DNA from: Candidatus Kryptoniota bacterium
Lineage (GTDB): Bacteria; Bacteroidota; Ignavibacteria; Kryptoniales; JAKASW01
Direction of reading: 5' to 3'
Length of the DNA: 64,000 nt
NCBI GenBank assembly: GCA_036567965.1
Contig: DATCTN010000010.1
Coordinates: 22,510 to 86,509, forward strand
Within the stretch, counting starts at the first letter, position 1, and every line of letters starts with the position of its first letter. Under the pieces are notes generated by a model. That model was not told the origin of the DNA. It saw nothing but the letters and a program-made list of their open reading frames with translations, and made no database searches. A program made the translations under genes and the position numbers. Positions 39,153-48,037 of this stretch are shown here, in pieces.

Positions 39153-39845
39153 TTGAAAGGAATGGAGAAGAACAGCTCACTGCACGACGTCCCGATTTTC
39201 GAAAAACTCTCTCAGAGTGAAGTAAGACTTATCACGCATATCTCTAAAACCAGGAAGTTCAGAAGGAACCAGATTATTTTTTTGGAAGGCGAATCATTTT
39301 CCGGGTTTTACATAGTGATGAGCGGTTCGGTGAAGGTCTATAAGCTCAACGGCGAGGGTGAGGAAATCGTTCTGAATAAGCTGAGACCGTATAGAAGTTT
39401 TGCTGAATCGTTTCTTTTTTCGGGCTCAAGATTTTATTCTTCGTGCGCGCAGGCTCTTGAAGATTCCACACTTCTCTTCGTTCCGAAGGACGAGTTCGCT
39501 TCTCTGCTCGGGAAGAATCCAGCGCTTGCCATAAGGATTTCAGAAAGCTTTGCCGGTAGATTGGCGGAATTGAATCAGCGATTCGACCTTCTCGCGGAAA
39601 GCGCGGAAGGGAGAGTCGCACGATACCTCCTCAATGAAATCCAGCTCAACAACTCGGTGAAAATGCCGGAGCCGTTCTTCAGTCTCGCGATATCAAAGAA
39701 GAATCTGGCGGAACATCTCGGCATAGCAAGCGCGACCCTGTCGAGGATTCTAAAGAAATTGAAAGAGGACAAAATCATACGGGAGGTCTCCCGGAAAATT
39801 TTTGTCACGAATGTCAAGAAGCTCCGCGACTCGTCCCAGAATTGA
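39153..39845 (+). CDS. Crp/Fnr-family transcriptional regulator
   Basis: 230 aa (TTG 39153 or ATG 39162). The cNMP-binding fold begins PIFEKLS...FLEGE...FYIV.SG.VKV, and the C-terminal HTH is ISKKNLAEHLGIASATLSRILKKL. No N-terminal Cys cluster, so it is not a classical O2-sensing FNR. Confidence 0.88.
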   Translation: MKGMEKNSSLHDVPIFEKLSQSEVRLITHISKTRKFRRNQIIFLEGESFSGFYIVMSGSVKVYKLNGEGEEIVLNKLRPYRSFAESFLFSGSRFYSSCAQALEDSTLLFVPKDEFASLLGKNPALAIRISESFAGRLAELNQRFDLLAESAEGRVARYLLNEIQLNNSVKMPEPFFSLAISKKNLAEHLGIASATLSRILKKLKEDKIIREVSRKIFVTNVKKLRDSSQN

Positions 39846-39988
39846 CGGGGCTTGAACTCGATCAGGTCGTTGACCGCAGTCCATCATCCTCTTGGTTTTC
39901 TTTTCGGATTGATTACCCCGACTCGCCGGAAAAAATTAAGAGACGGGCGGCTTCGCGGATCCGAGAAGGCCCGTCAGGCATTCGGGTC

Positions 39989-41452
39989 TTAGAAGGGAAT
40001 TTTCTCTTCCGGTTCGGGTCCGCCCTGGCGGAATCCCGATCCGGGAAACTTCGCGAGATCCTCGAACCTAGCGTATTCTTTGATAAATGTGAGCTTAATA
40101 TCACCCGTAGGTCCATTGCGCTGTTTGCTTATCATTATTTCGGCCATCCCTTTGACTGAATTATTGTCAGTGTCGTTCTCTAATCCGTATAACTCAGGTC
40201 TATGGATAAAAATCACGACATCTGCATCTTGTTCAAGAGCGCCGGACTCTCTCAGGTCAGATAGGATCGGACGCTTGTCTCCTCGCTCTTCGACAGAGCG
40301 ACGGAGCTGAGATAACGCGATCACAGGTATGTCAAGCTCCTTCGCGAGAACCTTGAAATTTCGCGATATCATTGAGATTTCCCTTTCGCGGCTCTCAACT
40401 TTTGCAGGACCTTGCATCAACTGCAGATAGTCCACCATGATCAACCCGATGTCATGTTCCGCTTTAAGCCTTCTTGATCGAGCGCGAAGTTCGAGGATTG
40501 ATAAAGCAGGTGTATCATCGATAAATATCGGAGCAGGGACAAGCTTGTGTATACGCATCGATATATTCTGCCATTGATCCTCGGGCAATCTTCCGGTTCT
40601 AAGTTCATGAGCGTTTACCTTCGCCTCGGCAGCTAGTAAGCGGATGAGCAATTGCTGCTGAGACATTTCCAGACTGTATATCGCTGTTGGGATACCGTAT
40701 TTCACTGCGGCGTTACGTGCAATTGACAAAGCTAAAGCGGTCTTACCTACACTCGGCCTCGCGGCGATGATAATGAAGTCCGATTTTTGAAAACCGCCTG
40801 TCATGTAGTCGAGGTCAGCAAATCCGGACGGTACTCCTGTAATTCCTCCTTTGGATCCGTGGATTTTTTCAAGGGTCTCCATTGTCTTGATTAGTCCTTG
40901 CTGGAGTGGGACGACAGACTTTTTCAGCCGTGCTTCCGAGACCTTGAATACGTCGCGCTCTACCTCATCGATGAGTGCGAATGCGTCCTCACGGTTGTCA
41001 TAGCATCTCTGCACGTTCGACGACATCGTGGCGATCAAACTGCGGAGCATGAATTTCTCGGCGACAATTTGTGCGTGAGCTTCGACGTTTGCTGAAGACG
41101 CGACCGAAGATACCAGCTCATTTATATACGCAGTCCCGCCAATGTTTTCCAGCTGACCGCTCCTGCGAAGTTCTTCTCTCACTGTTATCACATCGATTTC
41201 GGTGTTCTTCGTGTACAACTCGAGCATGGCCGCAAATATCTTTTCGTTGGCGGTGGAATAAAAGAAATCCGGCTGAAGGAGCTCTATCGCGGGTGACACC
41301 GCGTGCTTGTCAAGAAGCATCGCTCCAAGCACGGACTTCTCCGCCTCGACGTCCTGCGGCGGGATCCTTCCTGACGCGATGTCTTCGGGTAAACTCCCGA
41401 AGCCCTTTCTTGTATCAAAATTAGTTGCCATCTCTCTCGAATTGCTGACCAC
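39989..41452 (-). CDS. dnaB: Replicative DNA helicase DnaB
   Basis: 487 aa. PPQDVEAEKSVLGAMLL, Walker A ARPSVGKTALAL and LSQLRRSVE. No intein. Confidence 0.95.
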   Translation of the reverse strand: MVSNSREMATNFDTRKGFGSLPEDIASGRIPPQDVEAEKSVLGAMLLDKHAVSPAIELLQPDFFYSTANEKIFAAMLELYTKNTEIDVITVREELRRSGQLENIGGTAYINELVSSVASSANVEAHAQIVAEKFMLRSLIATMSSNVQRCYDNREDAFALIDEVERDVFKVSEARLKKSVVPLQQGLIKTMETLEKIHGSKGGITGVPSGFADLDYMTGGFQKSDFIIIAARPSVGKTALALSIARNAAVKYGIPTAIYSLEMSQQQLLIRLLAAEAKVNAHELRTGRLPEDQWQNISMRIHKLVPAPIFIDDTPALSILELRARSRRLKAEHDIGLIMVDYLQLMQGPAKVESREREISMISRNFKVLAKELDIPVIALSQLRRSVEERGDKRPILSDLRESGALEQDADVVIFIHRPELYGLENDTDNNSVKGMAEIMISKQRNGPTGDIKLTFIKEYARFEDLAKFPGSGFRQGGPEPEEKIPF

Positions 41453-41532
41453 TGTTGCTAATAGCTAATTTCTAAAAGCTAACCGCTAATAGTCAAATGT
41501 GAATAGTGTAATTTCCTGTCGATGTCATCGAC

Positions 41533-42366
41533 TCACAGCTCATCGTACAATTTGCGCATTTTCTGGACATCTTCCCAGGCGGGCCTTTTCCAATTCGGGT
41601 TCCTGAGAAGTGCGGCGGGGTGGTAGGTTACCATGACCTTAATACCCTGGTATTCATACATATTGTTCCGGAATTCGGCAAGACTCGTATTCATCCTGAG
41701 GAGCGCCTGGCCCGCTACTCTCCCGAGGCAAAGGATTAATTTCGGTTTTATAATATCGAGCTGTTTCTTGAGATACGGCTCGCACGATTCGATTTCGGTG
41801 GGAAGCGGCTCTCGGTTGTTCGGGGGACGGCATTTCAGGATGTTGCAGATGTAAACGTCCTCGCGTCTCAGTTGAACTGCCGCAAGTATTTTGGTTAGGA
41901 GTTGACCCGCGCGACCGACAAACGGCTCACCCTGCTCGTCTTCGTCCGCGCCCGGTGCTTCACCGATGAGTACAAGTTTCGCTTTTGGATTACCGACTCC
42001 GAAAACAAAACTCTTGCGCGTGTTTCCGAGAGGACATTTCTTACACCCGGAAGTCCTGGAATTCAGCACTTCGAGCGAATCGCTGTCGTGCCACTTAGGA
42101 TCGATTTTCCATTCCGAGTTCAGGACTGCGCCTTCAAAAAGTCCTTCGTCCTCGGAGATTTTAATTACTTTCGGTTTCAAGTCCGTCTCTGATTCTGTTT
42201 TATTTTCCGGCCTGAGCTCCGATGCGGTCGAAATGAAAGATCCGGACGGATCTTTGTTCGTGCCCTCCGGGATCAAATATATATCGTCTCCATAAAGTTC
42301 AGCCTGCTGCTTGAGAAAAAGCGCTGCGTCACTCAGCACTTTTTCCGCAGGGTTTTCATTCAACAT
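41533..42366 (-). CDS. Family 4 uracil-DNA glycosylase with an N-terminal extension
   Basis: 277 aa. [27 protein letters not shown] and HPAALLRNP. Confidence 0.88.
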   Translation of the reverse strand: MLNENPAEKVLSDAALFLKQQAELYGDDIYLIPEGTNKDPSGSFISTASELRPENKTESETDLKPKVIKISEDEGLFEGAVLNSEWKIDPKWHDSDSLEVLNSRTSGCKKCPLGNTRKSFVFGVGNPKAKLVLIGEAPGADEDEQGEPFVGRAGQLLTKILAAVQLRREDVYICNILKCRPPNNREPLPTEIESCEPYLKKQLDIIKPKLILCLGRVAGQALLRMNTSLAEFRNNMYEYQGIKVMVTYHPAALLRNPNWKRPAWEDVQKMRKLYDEL

Positions 42367-42439
42367 GTGTGTACGAATTTATCCGTGTCTATCATCAAAA
42401 ACAAATTGTGCCCCCGAACTACCTGCAGAGCTTACAATA

Positions 42440-44227
42440 TCAACTTTTCGGCATATGAGAATCAGTCTGGGGAATAAATGAATTGAATTTGATTGACACG
42501 ACAGTCCCTTTTCCGACTTCACTCTCGATTTGGATGCTTCCCTTGTGTTCTTCGATTATGCGCCTCGTAACGGCGAGCCCGAGTCCTGTTCCCTTCCCCG
42601 GTTCCTTCGTGGTGAAAAATGGCGTGAACAGCTTTCTGAGGTTTTCGGGAAGGATTCCGTATCCGGTATCCTTAATTGTCACGATGACTCTCGTCTCGCC
42701 GTCAGATTCTTTTTCCTCGAGGGTTGCTACTTCCAGTTTTCCACCTTTGGCCATGGCATGGAGCGCATTCATAATTGTGTTCAGGAAAACCTGGTAGAGC
42801 TGTGCGGGATCGCCGTAAATCTTCAGTGATCGTGCGTCAAGCCGGGTCGAGATCTCCATGCCGCTCTTCTTGAATTGCGGTCGAACGAAATCTAGGACGT
42901 CATTCAAGATGGCATTCACATCTGCGGCCTGGAGAGAAAGGAGTTTCGGCTTGGCGTAATCAAGAAGCTGGCGCATCAGCTTCGTAATACGCCTGGTCTG
43001 CGCGATGATCGTGGAAAGTTCCTGGTAGCCTTTATCTCCCGACTTCATGTCGAGAAGCATGAATTCCGCGTTTCCGGAGATAATGTTGAGGGGAGTTCCG
43101 ATCTCATGTGCCATTCCTGCTGCAAGCTGGCCGATTGTCGAAAGCTTCTCGGTCTGGATAATCTGCTGCTCCAGATTCTTCCTTTCGCTTAAGTCGGATT
43201 CGATTCCCATGTAGCCGATCTTCTCGCCATCGTGGAATATGGGTGTAATACTTAACCAGATAGGTATTTCGACTCCGTCTTTTCGGTGGTTTATGATTTC
43301 ACCCTTCCAGTTGCTGAACTTTTCCAGCGAATTCCAGAGTTCCTTATAAAAATCGTGAGAAGAGTGCTTCGACTGAATCAAAGCTGTAGTTTTACCGAGC
43401 GTCTCTTCCCGGGAGTACCCGTAGATTTTAGTGAACGCGTCGTTAACTTCAATTATTGTCCCATCGACGCGGGTTATGATTATGGCGTCGGTAGCCTGCT
43501 CGAAAGCGCTCCGGAATAATTGAAGTCTCTCCCTGAGCAGTTTCTCGTCGGTGATATCGCGGTTTAACCCGATAACGCCGCCGAATGTATTTCCCGGCCC
43601 GATAAGCGAGTACCACGATTTCATTACATGAATGATATCACCGTTCTTCTTTACGATCCGGTGCTCAGAGCCCTCGACGCTCCTGTGATTCACAAATATC
43701 TGATCGAATTCCCTTTTCAATTTCGCCTTGTCGTCGGGATGGACGATGTCGAGAGGATGTATCCTTCCTGTAAGAAAGTCCTCCTTCGTGTAGCCGGTCA
43801 TCTTTTCGGCATTGTCGTTGACATAGTATACGCGTGTTTCCGAATCGAACTGGAATACCAGGTCGGTGCTGGCGTATACCACGTGCGGAAGGATAGAAAC
43901 CTGGCTGCCAGCTTGATTGTCCTTTTCATTGAACACAATCACCGACAAGCCGTCAAAATTCTCGAGATGTTTTCCTGTCAGGATAGTGCCTGTTGCCCTC
44001 AGCGTAAATGGGATTTCATCGTTCCCATCGGCGATCGGGAGAGTTGGGAAAGTTCTGAAAATTTCGGAAAGTGGGGCAGGAGTCTTTTTGACACCTGTCA
44101 GTTGTTCGAACTTCGGAGTGAAAGCGACGAGATTTCCCTTCGAGTCGATCACCGCGCCGCATAAACCGGCATACGACATTAACGAGATAATTCCACGAGT
44201 CCGGAGAATGTCATTCCCTGACGACAT
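42440..44227 (-). CDS. Multi-PAS sensor histidine kinase
   Basis: 595 aa. At least two PAS modules. H-box is AHEIGTPLN. HATPase boxes are NALHAM, KDTGYGI and GTGLGLAV. Confidence 0.9.
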   Translation of the reverse strand: MSSGNDILRTRGIISLMSYAGLCGAVIDSKGNLVAFTPKFEQLTGVKKTPAPLSEIFRTFPTLPIADGNDEIPFTLRATGTILTGKHLENFDGLSVIVFNEKDNQAGSQVSILPHVVYASTDLVFQFDSETRVYYVNDNAEKMTGYTKEDFLTGRIHPLDIVHPDDKAKLKREFDQIFVNHRSVEGSEHRIVKKNGDIIHVMKSWYSLIGPGNTFGGVIGLNRDITDEKLLRERLQLFRSAFEQATDAIIITRVDGTIIEVNDAFTKIYGYSREETLGKTTALIQSKHSSHDFYKELWNSLEKFSNWKGEIINHRKDGVEIPIWLSITPIFHDGEKIGYMGIESDLSERKNLEQQIIQTEKLSTIGQLAAGMAHEIGTPLNIISGNAEFMLLDMKSGDKGYQELSTIIAQTRRITKLMRQLLDYAKPKLLSLQAADVNAILNDVLDFVRPQFKKSGMEISTRLDARSLKIYGDPAQLYQVFLNTIMNALHAMAKGGKLEVATLEEKESDGETRVIVTIKDTGYGILPENLRKLFTPFFTTKEPGKGTGLGLAVTRRIIEEHKGSIQIESEVGKGTVVSIKFNSFIPQTDSHMPKS

Positions 44228-44274
44228 TTATGACTTGTAACTGCTCTCTGTTGTTTGAGTTCTGTCGAAAATTA

Positions 44275-45663
44275 TTAGACGGTACGGGAGAAGATCGGTT
44301 TTTCCTTCATCATCTTCTCAAGGTAGGCATCGAATGCCATGGCAATATTTCTGATGACCATTCTTCCCATGCCTTTGACGACAATTCTAGAGTCTGTCAA
44401 TTCAAGGAGATCGTCTTGCACGAACTCATCGAGTTTAGGCAGAGCGTTCGCAAAATATTCATCGAAGTCCAAATCAAATTTCTTTTCTACGGCGCGCTTG
44501 TCGAGTTCGAAGTCGCACATAAGCCGCATGATCACGTGCTGTCTCACGACATCATCCCTGGACATCCTGTAACCAAGTACGATAGGAAATCGTCCTGCGT
44601 TTATCGCCCTGTAATAGTCCTGGAGCGATTTGTAATTCTGTGAATAGACATTATTGAACTGGCTGATTGCCGAGTTGCCGAATGCGTAAAGATCGGCGCC
44701 CGCATGGGTGGAATAGCCTTGAAAATTCCTGTAAAGAGTCTTTTCGCGTTGAGCCACTGCAAGCTCATCATCAGGTTTCGCAAAGTGGTCCATCCCTATA
44801 TAGATGTATCCTGCGCCTGTCAGGAGCTCAATCGTCATCTTGAGTATATCCAGTTTGACCGCCGGGAGTGGAAGCGTGCTCTTGTCGATGAGTTTTTGAT
44901 GAGATTTCAGCCACGGTACATGGGCGAAATTGAAAACCGCGATTCTCTCGGGTGAAATATTTATGATCTTCCTTAGACTCTGCTCGAACGACTCGAGTGT
45001 CTGGTAGGGAAGGCCATAGATCATGTCGAGGTTTATGCTTTTGAATCCCAGTTTCCTTGACCACTCCACGGCGTCGCGCGTAATTTTCTCGGGTTGAATT
45101 CGGTTTATCGCTTCCTGCACCTGCGGCTCGAAATCCTGAACTCCCATGCTGACACGGTTGAAGCCCGATTCGCGGAACGCCTGCATGTGCTCGAAAGTGA
45201 GCCCGCGGGGATCTATTTCAACTCCCGCTTCGATGTCGTCCGAGAAATTGAAATGTTCCCGGATGTATCCGGCCAGCATTGATATTTCCGCTGGGCTGAG
45301 ATAGGAAGGAGTGCCGCCCCCCCAGTGAAGTTGGCCGACTTTCCTCGCCTTGTTGAAATAGGGTGCCGAAAGTAGCATTTCCTTCTTCAGATACTCGAGA
45401 TATTCCGATATCCGCTCCTTGCTATGTGTTATGAGCATATTACAACCGCAGAAGTAGCAGAGCGTATCGCAAAACGGAATGTGGTAGTAAAGAGATATCT
45501 CGGAATTTGCGGAGGAAGAGTTGTTGGCTTTCAGCGAATTGAAATAATCGTCCGGAGTGAAACCCGAACTGAACGTGGGAGCAGGCGGGTAGCTCGTGTA
45601 CCGAGGTCCCGGCCTGTCGTACTTCTTTATGAGATCTATATTAATGTTCTTAATGGTGCTCAT
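44275..45663 (-). CDS. hemN: Oxygen-independent coproporphyrinogen III oxidase (radical SAM)
   Basis: The start is taken at MSTIKNINIDLIKKYDRPGPRYTSYPPA (ATG 45663). Radical-SAM motif is HIPFCDTLCYFCGCN. The 654-aa ORF-track version adds about 190 non-conserved residues. Confidence 0.9.
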   Translation of the reverse strand: MSTIKNINIDLIKKYDRPGPRYTSYPPAPTFSSGFTPDDYFNSLKANNSSSANSEISLYYHIPFCDTLCYFCGCNMLITHSKERISEYLEYLKKEMLLSAPYFNKARKVGQLHWGGGTPSYLSPAEISMLAGYIREHFNFSDDIEAGVEIDPRGLTFEHMQAFRESGFNRVSMGVQDFEPQVQEAINRIQPEKITRDAVEWSRKLGFKSINLDMIYGLPYQTLESFEQSLRKIINISPERIAVFNFAHVPWLKSHQKLIDKSTLPLPAVKLDILKMTIELLTGAGYIYIGMDHFAKPDDELAVAQREKTLYRNFQGYSTHAGADLYAFGNSAISQFNNVYSQNYKSLQDYYRAINAGRFPIVLGYRMSRDDVVRQHVIMRLMCDFELDKRAVEKKFDLDFDEYFANALPKLDEFVQDDLLELTDSRIVVKGMGRMVIRNIAMAFDAYLEKMMKEKPIFSRTV

Positions 45664-46048
45664 GATAAATTCTCCACAAAGCCGGCCGTGCTTCAACACC
45701 GCCGCCTGATCGTACAATAAAAATTTAACCGAAGACGTGCCCAAGTTCAAGACGGCCGGCAGTGTCTCACTTTCAAAGGCCCCTGTCACCCCGAACACTG
45801 GATAGGAGTATTCCAGTGCAGGCTCGTTTCGGGGTCTAGAACTAAATGCTGAAAAAAGTTCAGTCCGAAGGACTCCTTTCCGAAGGAATCCTCTGGATCG
45901 GAGCATGATGGCGGAATGTAAGTTGAAACACTGCCAGACGGTCCGTCTTCTTGCGCGACCCCAGTGTTTTTGAATTAGCGTGCATTTCAATATCTTTATT
46001 ATGTCGCCGGGATCGGCGGTGTAGATCAGTCTGGATAACGGAGTGAAT

Positions 46049-46306
46049 ATGCACTTGCACCATGCGAAGATGCTCGTAAGCGGGAGCGTCATGATGATGA
46101 TGGGCATGTATATGATCATCGGTTCGCTCTGGATAATTTTCGGAGTCGCGTTCGAGTCAGCGGCGGTCACGACATTACCATCATACACGACAGTTATAAC
46201 TTCTGCATCCATCGTCTGGTCCGCGATAAGTTTAATCATATCGATTTATTTCATTCACCAGGTTCGGGAAATTTCAAAAAGACTCAGGCATGAGAGAAAG
46301 ACTTGA
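46049..46306 (+). CDS. Possible small Met/His-rich two-TM membrane protein
   Basis: MHLHHAKMLVSGSVMMMMGMYMIIGSLWIIFGVAF...IVWSAISLIISIYFI. GGAG sits 6 nt before ATG 46049. The end overlaps the prfA start by 17 nt. No family recognised. Confidence 0.3.
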   Translation: MHLHHAKMLVSGSVMMMMGMYMIIGSLWIIFGVAFESAAVTTLPSYTTVITSASIVWSAISLIISIYFIHQVREISKRLRHERKT

Positions 46307-47360
46307 AAAGATAAAGGCAAGGTACGATGAACTTACGGACCTCCTTTCAGATTCGACGGTAATTTCAAACCAGGATAGATACAGGGAGTTCAGTAAAGAG
46401 TTAAGCGACATTACTCCGATCGTAAAGGCGTACGAGGAGTTGCTCACGCTGGAAAAGGGTCTGAAGGAGACTAGCGGGATGGTGGACTCGGGGGACGATG
46501 TCGAGCTACGTCAGCTTGCGCGGGAAGAGGCAGTCGATTTTGAAAAAAGAATTGCGGCAAAGGAAGAAGATCTGAAGTCCCTCCTGATTCCCCGCGATCC
46601 TAACGACAGTAAAGATGTCATACTTGAGATCCGTTCAGGCACCGGCGGGGAGGAAGCTGCGCTTTTCGCCGCAGATCTCTCGAGGATGTACACGCGTCTC
46701 GCAGACAGGCGGGGATGGAAAGTCGAGACTCTCGATTTCAACGAGACAGGCATCGGCGGATTCAAGGAAATCGTGCTGGGAGTAACGGGGCACGACGTAT
46801 ATGCCGATTTGAAATACGAAAGCGGCGTCCACAGGGTCCAGAGAGTTCCGGCGACAGAGTCAAGCGGGCGGATCCACACGTCTGCTGCAAGTGTGGTCGT
46901 GATGCCCGAAGCAGAAGAAGTGGAAGTAGAGATAGATCCGGACGAATTGAGGATCGACGTTTACAGGGCGGGCGGTCACGGCGGCCAGAACGTGAACAAG
47001 GTCGAAACGGCGATAAGGATAACGCATCTTCCGACAGGCATCGTGGTACAATGCCAGGATGAACGAAGCCAGTACAAGAACCGGCAGAAAGCCATGAAGA
47101 TACTCCGTGCCCGTCTGTTCGACGTCATGGTACAGCAAAGGGATTCGGAAATCGCCGCGAAAAGAAAAACAATGGTCAGAAGCGGTGACCGGAGCGACAA
47201 GATCCGGACATACAATTTCCCTCAGAACAGGGTCACCGATCACCGGATAAATTTTACTCTCTACGATCTGCAATCCGTTCTCGACGGCAACCTGGACGAG
47301 TTGATCGAGCAGCTCCGTTTGGCAGAACGCGTACAACAGTTGGAGGCTTCACAAAAGTGA
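46290..47360 (+). CDS. prfA: Peptide chain release factor 1
   Basis: 356 aa. The PAT tripeptide (RVPATES) marks RF1, and the GGQ motif is GGHGGQNVNKVETA. Confidence 0.95.
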   Translation: MRERLEKIKARYDELTDLLSDSTVISNQDRYREFSKELSDITPIVKAYEELLTLEKGLKETSGMVDSGDDVELRQLAREEAVDFEKRIAAKEEDLKSLLIPRDPNDSKDVILEIRSGTGGEEAALFAADLSRMYTRLADRRGWKVETLDFNETGIGGFKEIVLGVTGHDVYADLKYESGVHRVQRVPATESSGRIHTSAASVVVMPEAEEVEVEIDPDELRIDVYRAGGHGGQNVNKVETAIRITHLPTGIVVQCQDERSQYKNRQKAMKILRARLFDVMVQQRDSEIAAKRKTMVRSGDRSDKIRTYNFPQNRVTDHRINFTLYDLQSVLDGNLDELIEQLRLAERVQQLEASQK

Positions 47361-47746
47361 GCAGGACGTTCGGGAGCGCGAAATTCTATGGCGCGGCAGG
47401 GGCAGCCGGACTATTTCTTGCGGTAGCTTTAGGTGCATTTGCGGCTCACTCGCTTAGGGGGCGTATGGATAAGGAGATGCTTGAAGTATTTGAGACGGGC
47501 GTTCGTTATCAAGTGTATCACTCAATCGCACTTCTGGTTGTCGCGGGTCTTGCAGATCGAGGAGGTTTGTTTCGGTGGGCAGGGTTATTCTATGTTCTAG
47601 GAATAATTCTATTCTCCGGAAGTCTCTATTCGATCGCGTTCGGTGCTCCTGACAGCCTTGGATTTATCACGCCAATTGGCGGATTGAGTTTTCTGATCGG
47701 ACATGCGAGTCTCCTGGTTGCGTTCCTCAAACACAGCAAGGTGTAA
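47357..47746 (+). CDS. DUF423-family small membrane protein
   Basis: 129 aa, 4 TM. LGAFAAHSL...YQ.YH pattern. ATGA-type 4-nt overlap with prfA. Confidence 0.75.
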   Translation: MSRTFGSAKFYGAAGAAGLFLAVALGAFAAHSLRGRMDKEMLEVFETGVRYQVYHSIALLVVAGLADRGGLFRWAGLFYVLGIILFSGSLYSIAFGAPDSLGFITPIGGLSFLIGHASLLVAFLKHSKV

Positions 47747-47833
47747 TCCGATTCGACTGAGATTCTCTCAATAATGGCTTTGATTTTCTGAGTCGAGGCC
47801 GATATATTTAGATATAGCCTTTTGAATTAACAT

Positions 47834-47896
47834 TCCTCGGTAGCTCAATCGGCAGAGTCCGTCCGAGAATCATGGACGGATTAAGCGATGGGTTGC
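47834..47896 (+). pseudogene. tRNA-Asn 5' fragment / tRNA-like remnant
   Basis: The first 24 nt (tcctcggtagctcaatcggcagag), plus 5 upstream nt (acatt), are identical to the intact tRNA-Asn 97 nt downstream. The 5' side of the anticodon arm is replaced by the hairpin tccgtcc-gagaatcat-ggacgga. ttaaGcgatgggttgc matches ttaaCcgatgggttgc. There is no T arm and no 3' acceptor. Confidence 0.7.
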
Positions 47897-47930
47897 GGGG
47901 AGGAAGAAGTTCTTTGAAGCAATACGACAT

Positions 47931-48003
47931 TCCTCGGTAGCTCAATCGGCAGAGCAATCGGCTGTTAACCGATGGGTTGCAGGTTCGAGTCCTGCCCGAG
48001 GAG
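47931..48003 (+). tRNA. tRNA-Asn (anticodon GUU)
   Basis: Hand-folded: acceptor TCCTCGG/CCGAGGA, D arm GCTC-aatcggca-GAGC, anticodon arm ATCGG-CTGTTAA-CCGAT, T arm GCAGG-TTCGAGT-CCTGC, 73 nt. Confidence 0.92.
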
Positions 48004-48037
48004 CAACGATAAGTTGAGGGGCCTCCCAGATAAATCG

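Noticed and set aside
38974-39156. A 60-aa ORF just upstream of the Crp-like gene
   Set aside because: It has no SD, its composition is not protein-like, and it overlaps the likely crp leader.
45664-46239. A 190-codon N-terminal extension of hemN (ORF track 44275..46239, 654 aa)
   Set aside because: The conserved HemN N-terminus (MSTIKN...KYDRPGPRYTSYPPA) starts at ATG 45663. The extension has no HemN-like sequence, so the frame is open by chance.
47750-48037. The tRNA-Asn locus as an integration (att) site of a genomic island
   Set aside because: The duplicated piece is the 5' part of the tRNA, not the 3' part. No integrase, excisionase or other mobile-element gene is present anywhere in the window.
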